Shown here one piece after another: positions 50,086 to 60,561 of a DNA stretch of 64,000 bases (its first letter is position 1; each line of letters starts with the position of its first letter). The stretch comes from Pyrinomonadaceae bacterium (GTDB lineage Bacteria; Acidobacteriota; Blastocatellia; Pyrinomonadales; Pyrinomonadaceae). The stretch is from positions 32,001 to 96,000 of the forward strand of contig JBKBYA010000006.1 of assembly GCA_046313635.1 (NCBI GenBank), given 5' to 3'. The translations under genes were made by a program, and so were the position numbers. Below the pieces are notes generated by a model. That model worked only from the letters and a program-made list of their open reading frames with translations. It was not told the origin of the DNA and did not search any database.

Positions 50086-53000
50086 ATGAACTTCGCAGTG
50101 CAGAACGCAGCGAGATCTTTCACAACGGCTCTCTTTTGTCTTGCGCTCTTCGTGCTCCCGGCCCTATCGCAGGTAACGACCGCCGCGATCACCGGGCGGG
50201 TCGAGGACAGCACCGGAAAGGTAGTTCCCGGGGCCAAGGTCACAGCAACAGAGCGGGCGACAAATCGCGAGCGCACCGTCATTACAAACGAGCAGGGGGA
50301 TTACACGATCACGGCCCTCCCCCCGGGCCGCTACAACATCTCCGTCGAGTCTCAGGGCTTTAGCCGGGTCCTGCAGGAAGACGTCGAGCTAAACGTTGGA
50401 GCACGACAGACCTTTAACTTTTCACTTCAGGCGGGCAGCGTGACCGAGACGGTCACGGTGACGGGCGACGTGCCCCTGGTCGAGACGACGCGGTCCGAGA
50501 TCGGCACGTCCGTCACGCCGACCGAGATCCAAAACCTGCCGCTGCTCAACCGGACATTCGCCGGTCTGTCCGTGATCGCTCCTGAAGCCCGGCCGGTCGG
50601 CACCTTTGACCCGACAAAGACGCGTGTCGGCACCGTGGCATTCAACGGCGGCGACGGTCGCCAGGTGAACGTCAACGTGGACGGCGGCGACAACAAGGAC
50701 AACGTGGTCGGCAGCCTGCTTCAGAACTTCTCATACGAGTCCATCCAGGAGTTTCAGATCCAGCAGCATCGCTGGAGCGCCGATCAGGGCCGGGCGGTCG
50801 GCGGCGTCGTCAACGTCGTCACCAAGAGCGGGACTAACAGAATGCGCGGGTCGTTCTTTGCAAACTTCCGAGACGACGCGCTTCAGGCACGGGACTTCTT
50901 TGACAAGCAGAACAATCGCAGCAAGCCGCAGTTTGAACGCCAGGAGATCGGAGGCAGTCTCGGCGGCCCGATCGTCAAGGACCGTCTCTTTTACTTTTTT
51001 GCCCTCGAACGCTTTCGCGAGAGGCAGAACGTTCCGGTCCTCGCCTCGGCGATCCCGGAGCTGCAGGCGATTCCGGGCATCCAGTTCGTACCTGAGATCC
51101 CGACGCCTTATGACGACACTCTCTTGACCGCAAAGATCGATCACAAGCTGACGGACAAGCAGAACATGTTCTACCGGTTCTCGTACCAGGGCAACAAGTC
51201 GCCGAACGATCAGGTCACCAACCCTGCACGCACCGATCTCAGCGGCGGGAACCAGACGACCAATAAGCTTTACAGCGCTGTCGTCAACCACACGTATCAC
51301 ATCACGCCGAACGTCCTTAATCAGTTCACGTTCCATTTCCAGGATTTCAAGAACGAGATCCTGCCGAATCGCGAAGGCCTGACGCTGAACTTCCCGGGCG
51401 GCATCACCATCGGACAAAACGCGAACACGCCGCAGGCCACCGCGGAACGCAAATTCCAGTTCCGAAACGATTCGACGTGGATCACCGGCGACCACACGCT
51501 TAAGTTTGGCACCAACTTCATCCACACGATCCTTGGCGGATATTTTTACTTCGGAACGCGCGGTTACAACCTGACGTTTCGCCAAACGCCGACGCAGATC
51601 GTCGCGGGCGGCGGATTCAATCGCGACGACCTTCTCCAGTCGCTGACCTACTCTGACGGCGCAAGCTCGCACGATCAAAAGATCAACCAGCTCGCCTTTT
51701 ACCTTCAGGACGATTGGAAGATCACGAGAAATCTGACGCTCAACCTCGGGCTGCGCTGGGACGCGAATATCGGCAACCTGTTTGCCCAGGACAGGAACCG
51801 CACCATCCAGATACTGCAGCAGGTCAATCACCCTCTGGCCCGAGCTCTGACGGCCGATCCTGAAAAACTCACGCGGACGACGCCGAGCTGGAAGGAGTTT
51901 CAGCCGCGCCTCGGCTTTGCCTGGGACCCGTGGGGAGACACCAAGACCGTGATCCGCGGCGGGTACGGGATCTTTTACGATCAGATATTCCAGAATCTGT
52001 CGCTGTTTTCGGCGACCCAGTCCGAGCCGCAGATCTTCCAGACGGCGATCAACCTGACACGGCCTCCGGGCAATCCCGACCCGACGTCCCCGCTCTACGG
52101 TATACGTCTGGGCGGGCCTCTGCCGCAGCCTCCGCCGGGCTTTAACTTTAGTAATCTCGTTCCCGGAGCTGTCGGACGCATCAACGATCCGGACGCAAAG
52201 GAGCCGTACATACAGAAGTTCTCGATCGGCTTCCAGCGCCAGCTGACCAAGAGCCTCTCGCTCGAGAGTGATTACGTCCATACTCTCGGACTGCAGGAGC
52301 CGCGGTTCCTAAATATCAATCCGTTGATCAGCAGCGTCTGCAACACCAACTTCCCCGGATCACTGCCGAGCAGCGACCCGACCTACGCGACGCGCTGCCC
52401 GCGCGGCGCTTCGACGCGGCTGCTCGACCAGGCATTTGTCGCCGCCGGCGTCGGTGCCAATCGTATCGGGCAGATAAATATGTTCTCGACGACCAACCGT
52501 TCGCTCTTCGACAGCTGGACGACGACGCTCAAGTACAGGTCCAACAGGATGGTGCTGAATGCGAGCTACGTGCTGTCAAGCTCGAGGGCGTGGGGCGGTC
52601 AGCCGACGGCCTCGTACTCGGGCAACGGCATCGCGATAACGCCGCAGCGTCAATTCGCCGACGGTGAGTTTGGCCCGACGCGTCTCGACGAGCGCCATCG
52701 GATCGTGTTGAGCGGCGTTCTCAATCTGCCGTTGGGCTTTACGCTATCGCCGATCATGCAGTACGCATCGGCACGGCCCTTCTCGCCGACGCTCGGATTT
52801 GACGTCGACGGCGACGGTCTTGCGACCATCGACCGCGTCTGCCAGAGCGCCGACCTGGCTGCGGTCTTCGCGGCGCGGGGCAACACAACCGCTCTGCAGG
52901 CCCTTAATCCGCTCGGCTGCCGGCAAATGCCGGTCAACCGGCTTCGCAAGGGCTTTGTGCTTGTGAACGGGCAGCTCGAGGAGCGCAGCGGCCGCTTCTT

Positions 53001-53244
53001 CAACGTAGACCTGCGGGTGACCAAGAACTGGCGATTCACCGAGCGCTTCCGCCTGGCGACGTATGTTGATCTGTACAATCTGTTCAACACGGAGAATCTC
53101 TCGTTCGCATCGCGGATCGGACTAAGCGCTCCGGCGACGAACGCCGCTCAGTTCCTGCAGCCTGTGTCGCTCTTTGGCCCGGGCTTTGGCCCTCCGGTCG
53201 GGCGTCCGTTTACGGCGCAGCTCGGATTCCGCTTTACGTTTTGA
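50086..53244 (+). CDS. Oar-like TonB-dependent receptor
   Basis: GGAGGA RBS; signal peptide; carboxypeptidase-regulatory-like domain; GGVVNVVTKSGTN; YLQDDWK; FQPRLGFAWDP; C-terminal QLGFRFTF. Confidence 0.93.
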   Translation: MNFAVQNAARSFTTALFCLALFVLPALSQVTTAAITGRVEDSTGKVVPGAKVTATERATNRERTVITNEQGDYTITALPPGRYNISVESQGFSRVLQEDVELNVGARQTFNFSLQAGSVTETVTVTGDVPLVETTRSEIGTSVTPTEIQNLPLLNRTFAGLSVIAPEARPVGTFDPTKTRVGTVAFNGGDGRQVNVNVDGGDNKDNVVGSLLQNFSYESIQEFQIQQHRWSADQGRAVGGVVNVVTKSGTNRMRGSFFANFRDDALQARDFFDKQNNRSKPQFERQEIGGSLGGPIVKDRLFYFFALERFRERQNVPVLASAIPELQAIPGIQFVPEIPTPYDDTLLTAKIDHKLTDKQNMFYRFSYQGNKSPNDQVTNPARTDLSGGNQTTNKLYSAVVNHTYHITPNVLNQFTFHFQDFKNEILPNREGLTLNFPGGITIGQNANTPQATAERKFQFRNDSTWITGDHTLKFGTNFIHTILGGYFYFGTRGYNLTFRQTPTQIVAGGGFNRDDLLQSLTYSDGASSHDQKINQLAFYLQDDWKITRNLTLNLGLRWDANIGNLFAQDRNRTIQILQQVNHPLARALTADPEKLTRTTPSWKEFQPRLGFAWDPWGDTKTVIRGGYGIFYDQIFQNLSLFSATQSEPQIFQTAINLTRPPGNPDPTSPLYGIRLGGPLPQPPPGFNFSNLVPGAVGRINDPDAKEPYIQKFSIGFQRQLTKSLSLESDYVHTLGLQEPRFLNINPLISSVCNTNFPGSLPSSDPTYATRCPRGASTRLLDQAFVAAGVGANRIGQINMFSTTNRSLFDSWTTTLKYRSNRMVLNASYVLSSSRAWGGQPTASYSGNGIAITPQRQFADGEFGPTRLDERHRIVLSGVLNLPLGFTLSPIMQYASARPFSPTLGFDVDGDGLATIDRVCQSADLAAVFAARGNTTALQALNPLGCRQMPVNRLRKGFVLVNGQLEERSGRFFNVDLRVTKNWRFTERFRLATYVDLYNLFNTENLSFASRIGLSAPATNAAQFLQPVSLFGPGFGPPVGRPFTAQLGFRFTF

Positions 53245-53269
53245 CCGCCGCATTGCGGACAAACCTTTG

Positions 53270-53300
53270 CGGCACCTCGGCGACGAGGTGCCGTTTTTTT
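53270..53300 (+). terminator. Intrinsic terminator
   Basis: CGGCACCTCG-gcga-CGAGGTGCCG-T7. Confidence 0.9.
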
Positions 53301-53475
53301 GTTTGAATATCGGCTTGCGGCCCGTCGGTAAGGACCTGCCCGGCACGACATTGCGTCGGTTGACATTGCCTTGGGCCTCGGATATCTTTCCCTCGTTTTC
53401 ATTCCCCTCGTTCACTCGCATCTGCTTATTTATACGGCTTTTTGAAACTTTATCCGTAAGGAGAAGAACGACCGT

Positions 53476-53907
53476 ATGAACACAAGAGTAGTCGCAGCCA
53501 CGGTGGCCGGCGGCATTGTCCTTTTCTTTCTCGGCTGGCTGGCGTATGGGATCTTGCTGGCTGATTTTATGAAGGCGCACACGGTGCAGTATGCCGGATT
53601 GAATAAGGAGCCAATGCCCGATATGGTGCCGCTCGTGCTCTCCAATCTCGCGATTTCGGCGCTGATGGCGATTGTCTTCGATCATTGGGCGTCGATCCGT
53701 ACGTTCAAGGGCGGACTTATCGGCGGCGGCCTGATAATGCTTTTGGTCGCGCTGTACGTCGACCTTGCGTTCCTGGCCTTTATGAACCTGCTCGACCTGA
53801 CCGTCGTGCTCGTGGACGTAGTCGTCGCCACGCTTCTCGGTGCGATCACGGGCGGCGTTATCGGGCAGGTCCTGGGAATGATGGGCCCGCGAACTGCCGA
53901 CGCCTGA
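53476..53907 (+). CDS. Hypothetical four-TM membrane protein
   Basis: TAAGGAG RBS; four hydrophobic segments. Confidence 0.8.
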   Translation: MNTRVVAATVAGGIVLFFLGWLAYGILLADFMKAHTVQYAGLNKEPMPDMVPLVLSNLAISALMAIVFDHWASIRTFKGGLIGGGLIMLLVALYVDLAFLAFMNLLDLTVVLVDVVVATLLGAITGGVIGQVLGMMGPRTADA

Positions 53908-54027
53908 CGAGCAGCGGCAGCTAACATTTCGCGGCCGCCAGGCAGTCGGGCGGCCGTCTCAAATCAGGGCGATCGGCGGCCTGAAGCGCCGGTCGCACCG
54001 CTGAAAAGGTTTTCGGAGGCCCGCACA

Positions 54028-54660
54028 ATGAAACTGCTTACTTTTGTCGTGATCTTTGCCGCGCTCGCATTCTGCAGCCTCGGCGAGAGACTCAAACAAC
54101 TTTCCGGCGAGTCGAGCACCGCCGCCAACAGCTCATCGACCACTAACAGGACATCGTCCGCCGATGCGGGGGCCGAAAGGCCGAAGCTGACGCCGGCTCA
54201 GCAGGCGATCGCCGATTCGGCGACGGACGTGAAGTGGGACGAGCAGGGCGTCACGTGGCGGCTGCCAGCGGGCTGGAAAAAGATGGACCAGAAAAAAGAG
54301 ACCTTCAATTACGGCTCGCCCGATCGGGCGTTCCTGCTCGTCAACATTTCGGCGATGGCATCCGACTTTCCGATGGATGCGAGCCGCGACGCATTTTACA
54401 AGCAGGCGATGGACCAGCTGCAGCAGGGCAAATATCTGACCGTGCGCTATCTCGATATCGACGGCATCAAGGGCGTCGAATGGATCGAGGCTCCGCCTGA
54501 GGACAAAGACGGCCCGCGGCGGCATCAATGGATCGGCTATCGAAATTACCTCGGCCAAAACCAGATGCTCAACGTGATGCTCTCGACCGAAGGCAGCAGA
54601 TTTGATAAGCACAAGGACGAATTTGCCGCAATAATGTACTCGACAAGATTCGCCCAGTAA
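54028..54660 (+). CDS. Hypothetical exported protein or lipoprotein (possibly PsbP-like fold)
   Basis: GGAGG RBS; signal with LAFC; Ser/Thr linker; WRLPAGWKK. Confidence 0.75.
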   Translation: MKLLTFVVIFAALAFCSLGERLKQLSGESSTAANSSSTTNRTSSADAGAERPKLTPAQQAIADSATDVKWDEQGVTWRLPAGWKKMDQKKETFNYGSPDRAFLLVNISAMASDFPMDASRDAFYKQAMDQLQQGKYLTVRYLDIDGIKGVEWIEAPPEDKDGPRRHQWIGYRNYLGQNQMLNVMLSTEGSRFDKHKDEFAAIMYSTRFAQ

Positions 54661-54669
54661 GAAAAAAGC

Positions 54670-54694
54670 GGCTGCCTGTAAAGGGCAGCCTTTT
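54670..54694 (+). terminator. Intrinsic terminator
   Basis: GGCTGCC...GGCAGCC followed by TTTT. Confidence 0.7.
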
Positions 54695-54724
54695 GCATTT
54701 GCCTCGGCCTTCGTGGGCCTTTGC

Positions 54725-54765
54725 GGCTGTGCCGCGATGTTATGCGGAAAGGCTCGGCTTTGCCG
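54725..54765. repeat. Solo copy of the 41-bp REP-like arm seen at 12931
   Basis: GGCTGTGCCGCGATGTTATGCGGAAAGGCTCGGCTTTGCCG, 34/41 identical to 12931-12971 by manual alignment. Confidence 0.8.
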
Positions 54766-54805
54766 GCCGCGCTCTCAAATTCCCTTCGCGGCTTCGCCGC
54801 CGCAT

Positions 54806-55423
54806 TTACGGCGCCGTCGGGGTGTCTGGATGCGGCACGAAGCATCGCCGGCAGCGTGCCTCGTATTTGTCGGCCGCGCCGACCTCGACACGCTCTTCCG
54901 ACGCGACGGTACGCTGCGAGTAGTTGGCGGTCGAGCCGCATCTGACGCAGATGGCGTGCGTCTTGGTGATGAATTCGGCGACCGACAAGAGCTGAGGCAT
55001 CGGCTCAAAGGGACGGCCCGTATAGTCCTGATCGAGCCCCGCGACGATCACGCGCTTGCCTGCCCGCGCGAGATAATTCACCGCGTTGACTATCTCCATA
55101 TCGAAGAACTGCCCTTCGTCGATACCGACGACCTGCGTGTCGTCCTCGATCAGGGCAAGCATCTCTGCCGTGTCGCCGACCGCGTGCGAGAGATGCTTGA
55201 GGCCCGAGTGCGAAGCTATCTCCGACTCTGAATACCGGACGTCGATCGCCGGCTTGAAGACCTGCACCTTTTGCCGCGCTATCCGCGCGCGGTTGAGACG
55301 GCGGATCAATTCTTCGGACTTGCCCGAGAACATCGAGCCGACGATGACCTCGACCCAGCCCGTGCCGTTCTGCCGCACTTTGCGGCGCTCTTCCGTATTG
55401 TCGAAAGCAAATTCCTCGATCAT
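54806..55423 (-). CDS. tdk: Thymidine kinase
   Basis: [32 protein letters not shown] and zinc motif CVRC...YEARCRRC. Confidence 0.96.
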   Translation of the reverse strand: MIEEFAFDNTEERRKVRQNGTGWVEVIVGSMFSGKSEELIRRLNRARIARQKVQVFKPAIDVRYSESEIASHSGLKHLSHAVGDTAEMLALIEDDTQVVGIDEGQFFDMEIVNAVNYLARAGKRVIVAGLDQDYTGRPFEPMPQLLSVAEFITKTHAICVRCGSTANYSQRTVASEERVEVGAADKYEARCRRCFVPHPDTPTAP

Positions 55424-55579
55424 AGAAACTGTGAGATGACCGCCAAATGCGGAATGACAATTATAGGGAAACGTCCGCCGAGCAGAAAGCGTTGAACGGC
55501 CGAAAGTGCCTTGGCGGCGCAGGAGCGGCGCGTTCTGCCGGCTCTTCACCTTTGACGCGTTCGGGACTATTCTCAGATC

Positions 55580-55774
55580 GTGGAACTCAAGGTCTGCCCG
55601 CGCTGCAAAAAGCCCTACCTCGCCGAGCACGAGTCCTGCCCGCACTGCCCCGAGCCTTATACCTGGGATCAGGAGAGCTATATGAATGTCGGCTGCCTTC
55701 TGCTAATGGTCGGCGCGGTGTTTGTGATGGTGCTGTTTTGGCTGATGCTGCTGTTTGCGCCGTTCCTGCGTTGA
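55580..55774 (+). CDS. Small zinc-ribbon membrane protein
   Basis: CPRC...CPHC followed by one TM helix; TATTCT 6 nt before the GTG start. Confidence 0.7.
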   Translation: MELKVCPRCKKPYLAEHESCPHCPEPYTWDQESYMNVGCLLLMVGAVFVMVLFWLMLLFAPFLR

Positions 55775-55804
55775 GCGAGCGGCGGGCTGCTGCCCGCCGT
55801 CCCG

Positions 55805-57145
<1,341 letters not shown>

Positions 57146-57316
57146 TTAAATTTACCGTGAATGCCGCGCGAGCACAAAAACGCTCAAACTCCACTCGTGG
57201 ACAGCAGCGGTGCCCGGACGGCGGCGTGGTGGAAGACGTTTTTTAGTGCTCAGATTGATAGGGACCAGATCTTTTTCAGCCCGACCACCCCGACCCGCGA
57301 CGGCCGCGCCTCCTGA

Positions 57317-58741
57317 TCAGGCTTCGACCGGCGCCGTACCTGCGTCGGCCTTTTCCATCCTCACTCTCAGGATGCGCCGCTTGTCGACCTTTTCGACTCG
57401 GAAGACATGGCCGTTGTACGGCACCGCTGCGCCTTCGCCGAGAATATCGCCCGACTCCGCCATCAAGAATCCGGCGAGCGTCGTATAACTTTCCGAGACC
57501 GGGATGTTCATCGACAGCCGCCGATTGAGATCGCGGACGGCGAGGCCGCCGTCGAGAATGTAGCTGCCGTCCGGCTGCGGGTTGATCTGCTCGTTGACCT
57601 CCTCGTCGTGTTCGTCAGAGATATCGCCGACGATCTCCTCGAGCAGGTCCTCGAGCGTGATGATGCCCTCGACGCCGCCGTGCTCGTCCACGACAAAGCC
57701 AAAGTGAAACTTCTCGGTCTGCATCTGCCGCAGCACGTCCTCGAGTTTTGCGCTGTCGACGACGTAATTCGGCTTGCGGATGACGCGGTCGAGCCTGAAA
57801 GTCTTTGGCCGGAGCAGGTAGCTCATCACGTCCTTGCTGTGTATGACGCCGACGATGTCGTCGAGCGAGCCGCTGTAAACCGGCAGACGCGAATAGCCAT
57901 GCTGGCGAAACGCCTTTGCGATCTGGTCGATGCCGTACGAGTCGGGAATGGCGACGATGGCCGTGCGCGGCACCATCGCCTCGCGGACCGTCGTGTCCGA
58001 AAATTCAAAGACGCGATTGATCAAGGTCCGCTCTTCGGCGTTGAGATGGCCGCTCCGCTCAGAGGCGTCCACCAGCCGCCGGATCTCTTCTTCTGTGTAG
58101 GACGCGCCGTGCTCGGCGCTCGGGTGCAGGCCAAACAACCTCACGGTCCGAGTGCCGGCCCAGTCGAGCAGACGGATCGGATAGTAAAAAATGCGGTAAA
58201 AGATCTGAAGCGGCACCGCGACAAAGAACGAGACCTTCTCTGACAGCTCGAGCGCCGCGGTCTTGGGCGCCAGCTCGCCGAAGACGATATGCAGGAACGT
58301 GATCAGCGCGAACGCGATCGCGAACGACATGGTGTGCAGCACCGCGGCCGACGACAAAAATCCGAGCCCGGTCGCCGAGGCGAGCCACATCAGCAGCGGG
58401 TCGAGCAGCGCCGCGACCGCGGGTTCGCCGATCCAGCCGAGACCGAGAGAGGCGAGCGTGATACCGAGCTGCGTCGCCGAGATGTACGCGTTCAGATTGT
58501 TGAGCATGCCGAGCAGACGCTCGGCCGAGAGGCTGCCTTCGGCGGCCATCGCCTCGATCCGCGACTTGCGGACGGCAACGAGCGCAAACTCCGACGCAAC
58601 AAAAAAACCGTTGGCCAGTACCAGGACAATGACCGAGACGATCTTTAATGCGGACCAGAGCGGGTCCGGCGCTTCAATTTGTACGGCTGCAGTCGGGTCT
58701 GCAAAGAGAAGTATGGATGCCAAACTAGCGGGGTCGTCCAT
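57317..58741 (-). CDS. Hemolysin/CorC family protein (DUF21-CBS-CorC_HlyC)
   Basis: NGFFVASEFALV, TQLGITLASLGLGWIGEP, GELAPK, a CBS pair and TLAGF. Confidence 0.93.
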   Translation of the reverse strand: MDDPASLASILLFADPTAAVQIEAPDPLWSALKIVSVIVLVLANGFFVASEFALVAVRKSRIEAMAAEGSLSAERLLGMLNNLNAYISATQLGITLASLGLGWIGEPAVAALLDPLLMWLASATGLGFLSSAAVLHTMSFAIAFALITFLHIVFGELAPKTAALELSEKVSFFVAVPLQIFYRIFYYPIRLLDWAGTRTVRLFGLHPSAEHGASYTEEEIRRLVDASERSGHLNAEERTLINRVFEFSDTTVREAMVPRTAIVAIPDSYGIDQIAKAFRQHGYSRLPVYSGSLDDIVGVIHSKDVMSYLLRPKTFRLDRVIRKPNYVVDSAKLEDVLRQMQTEKFHFGFVVDEHGGVEGIITLEDLLEEIVGDISDEHDEEVNEQINPQPDGSYILDGGLAVRDLNRRLSMNIPVSESYTTLAGFLMAESGDILGEGAAVPYNGHVFRVEKVDKRRILRVRMEKADAGTAPVEA

Positions 58742-58870
58742 TTGAGTTCCGATATTCCAAGATCGCACGAGCAGTAAGCAGCGGAGGCCTCCTTCCCGTC
58801 CGTGTGACCGCTCGTTTTGTCGTGCCGAACCGAGTATATCACAGCGGCTCGCCGCTTTTCGCCGAGGTCG

Positions 58871-59449
58871 CTAGACGTGAGCTTCGATGATCTCCTCGAT
58901 AAGCATCCGACACGATCCGCAGCCGCGGCCGGCACCGAGAGCTTCGCCGACCTGCTCGACACTCGTCAGCCGCCGTGTCTCGACCGCGCGTACGATCTCG
59001 TCCTCGCCGACAGCAAAGCAGGTGCAGACAAGCGGACGCTCGCCGACAAACTCCTCGATGACGAACGCCCGAAAGTCAGCGAATGCGGCATCGAGCGCCT
59101 CGATGCAGGCGTCGATGCACGGCAGGCGCCGAGCCGGCACGTCTCTCCCGCCCGCGGTCAGGCGGCCGCGGACCTCGTCTCCGGCCCGCCCTCGCAGATC
59201 GGTGAGCGACCGGCCCTCGACGGCCTCGCAGACAAGTTCCGCCGCCGCGACCATGATCCCGCAGCCGTTCGACCGGAAGCACGCCTCTTCGATCCGCTTG
59301 CTCGCGGGATCGATCCGCAGCCCGACACGAACGAACGATCCGCAGTCGAAGCTGGCCGCCGTTCCGACACCGTTGGCCCCGCGCGCGCTGCCGGCGTGCG
59401 ACGCCTCGGCGACGATACGGTCGATATCATCCGGGTAGATCGAGCCCAC
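58871..59449 (-). CDS. NifU-like Fe-S scaffold (IscU domain plus BFD-like [2Fe-2S] domain)
   Basis: DCG, GCG and RLPC scaffold cysteines; VCTCF...AGRGCGSC; GGAGG RBS. Confidence 0.85.
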   Translation of the reverse strand: MGSIYPDDIDRIVAEASHAGSARGANGVGTAASFDCGSFVRVGLRIDPASKRIEEACFRSNGCGIMVAAAELVCEAVEGRSLTDLRGRAGDEVRGRLTAGGRDVPARRLPCIDACIEALDAAFADFRAFVIEEFVGERPLVCTCFAVGEDEIVRAVETRRLTSVEQVGEALGAGRGCGSCRMLIEEIIEAHV

Positions 59450-59512
59450 AGTCCTCCACGAATAGCACGAATGAAGCCGAAAACAAATTCGTGTAGAATT
59501 TACCCAAACGCG

Positions 59513-60076
59513 ATGAGGCCCTTGCTGCTTTTTGTATCTCTGACGACGCTCCCTTTACTGCTCTCGTGCGGCAACGCCGCGGCGCCGGTTTCGATCTCGA
59601 GTCAGCCCGTCTCGATCAACGGCGTCCGGCAAAAAGGCGTCCCGCCAAAGCCTCTGCCGCTGATGAGCTGGACCTCGCAGGACGGGCAGAAACAAAAGGT
59701 CGACGACTTTAGAGGCCGCGTGCTGATCCTCGATTTTTGGGCGACGTACTGCGAGCCCTGTCGCCGCGAGATACCTCATCTCAACGAGCTACAAGCCAGG
59801 TACGGCGCAGCCGATCTTCAGATCGTCGGCCTGCACTCGGGCGGTGACGAGGACCGGCCCAAGATCCCGGCATTTGTCACCGACACCAAGATGGACTATC
59901 CGGTCGGCTTTCCCGAGGACGCACTCGTGAGCTACGTCTTTGAGGAGAACGACGCCATTCCGCAGACCGTCGTCATCGACCGCGAGGGGCGGCTGGTCAC
60001 CAAGATCATCGGTTTTGACGATCAGATCCGCCGGCAGCTCGACGCCGCCGTCGAATCGGCCATCTCACGCCGATGA
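59513..60076 (+). CDS. TlpA-family disulfide reductase lipoprotein
   Basis: Lipobox-like LLSC; ILDFWATYCEPC; AIPQTVVIDREG. Confidence 0.9.
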   Translation: MRPLLLFVSLTTLPLLLSCGNAAAPVSISSQPVSINGVRQKGVPPKPLPLMSWTSQDGQKQKVDDFRGRVLILDFWATYCEPCRREIPHLNELQARYGAADLQIVGLHSGGDEDRPKIPAFVTDTKMDYPVGFPEDALVSYVFEENDAIPQTVVIDREGRLVTKIIGFDDQIRRQLDAAVESAISRR

Positions 60077-60558
60077 AACGACCTGTCCAGCCTCGCAGTA
60101 CGCCGGCCGGCGTTCCGACTCTCCGGCAGATCTCTGCGGGCGGAGTCGTCTTTCGCCGGTCGCGCGAGCGCGTTGAGGTGGTACTGATCCTGACCTCGCC
60201 CGAGCGGCGCTGGCAGCTGCCAAAAGGCCTCGTCGACGACGGCGAGTCGCGCGAGCAGGCCGCTCTGCGGGAGGTTCGCGAAGAGACCGGCCTCGATGCC
60301 GTAGTCGCCGAGCCCCTGCAGACCGTCGAATACTGGTACTACGCGACCCGCGACGGACGGCGCGTCAGGTATCACAAGTCGGTCCATTTTTTTCTGATGG
60401 AATATGTTTCCGGCGATGTCGCCGACCACGACCACGAGGTGCTCGAGGCCCGCTGGGTCGATATCGACGCCGCGGTGTCGATGCTGGCGTTCGACAGCGA
60501 GCGAAGGCTCGTCGAGCAGGCCCGCACGATGATCGCCGCGCGCCGCTCTGACGGTTGA
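60073..60558 (+). CDS. NUDIX hydrolase
   Basis: SAGGVV; WQLPKG...GESREQAALREVREETG Nudix box. Confidence 0.92.
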   Translation: MKRPVQPRSTPAGVPTLRQISAGGVVFRRSRERVEVVLILTSPERRWQLPKGLVDDGESREQAALREVREETGLDAVVAEPLQTVEYWYYATRDGRRVRYHKSVHFFLMEYVSGDVADHDHEVLEARWVDIDAAVSMLAFDSERRLVEQARTMIAARRSDG

Positions 60559-60561
60559 TCT

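Noticed and set aside
58817..59512. N-terminal extension of the TlpA ORF
   Set aside because: It is antisense to the NifU-like gene, and a signal peptide begins at ATG 59513.
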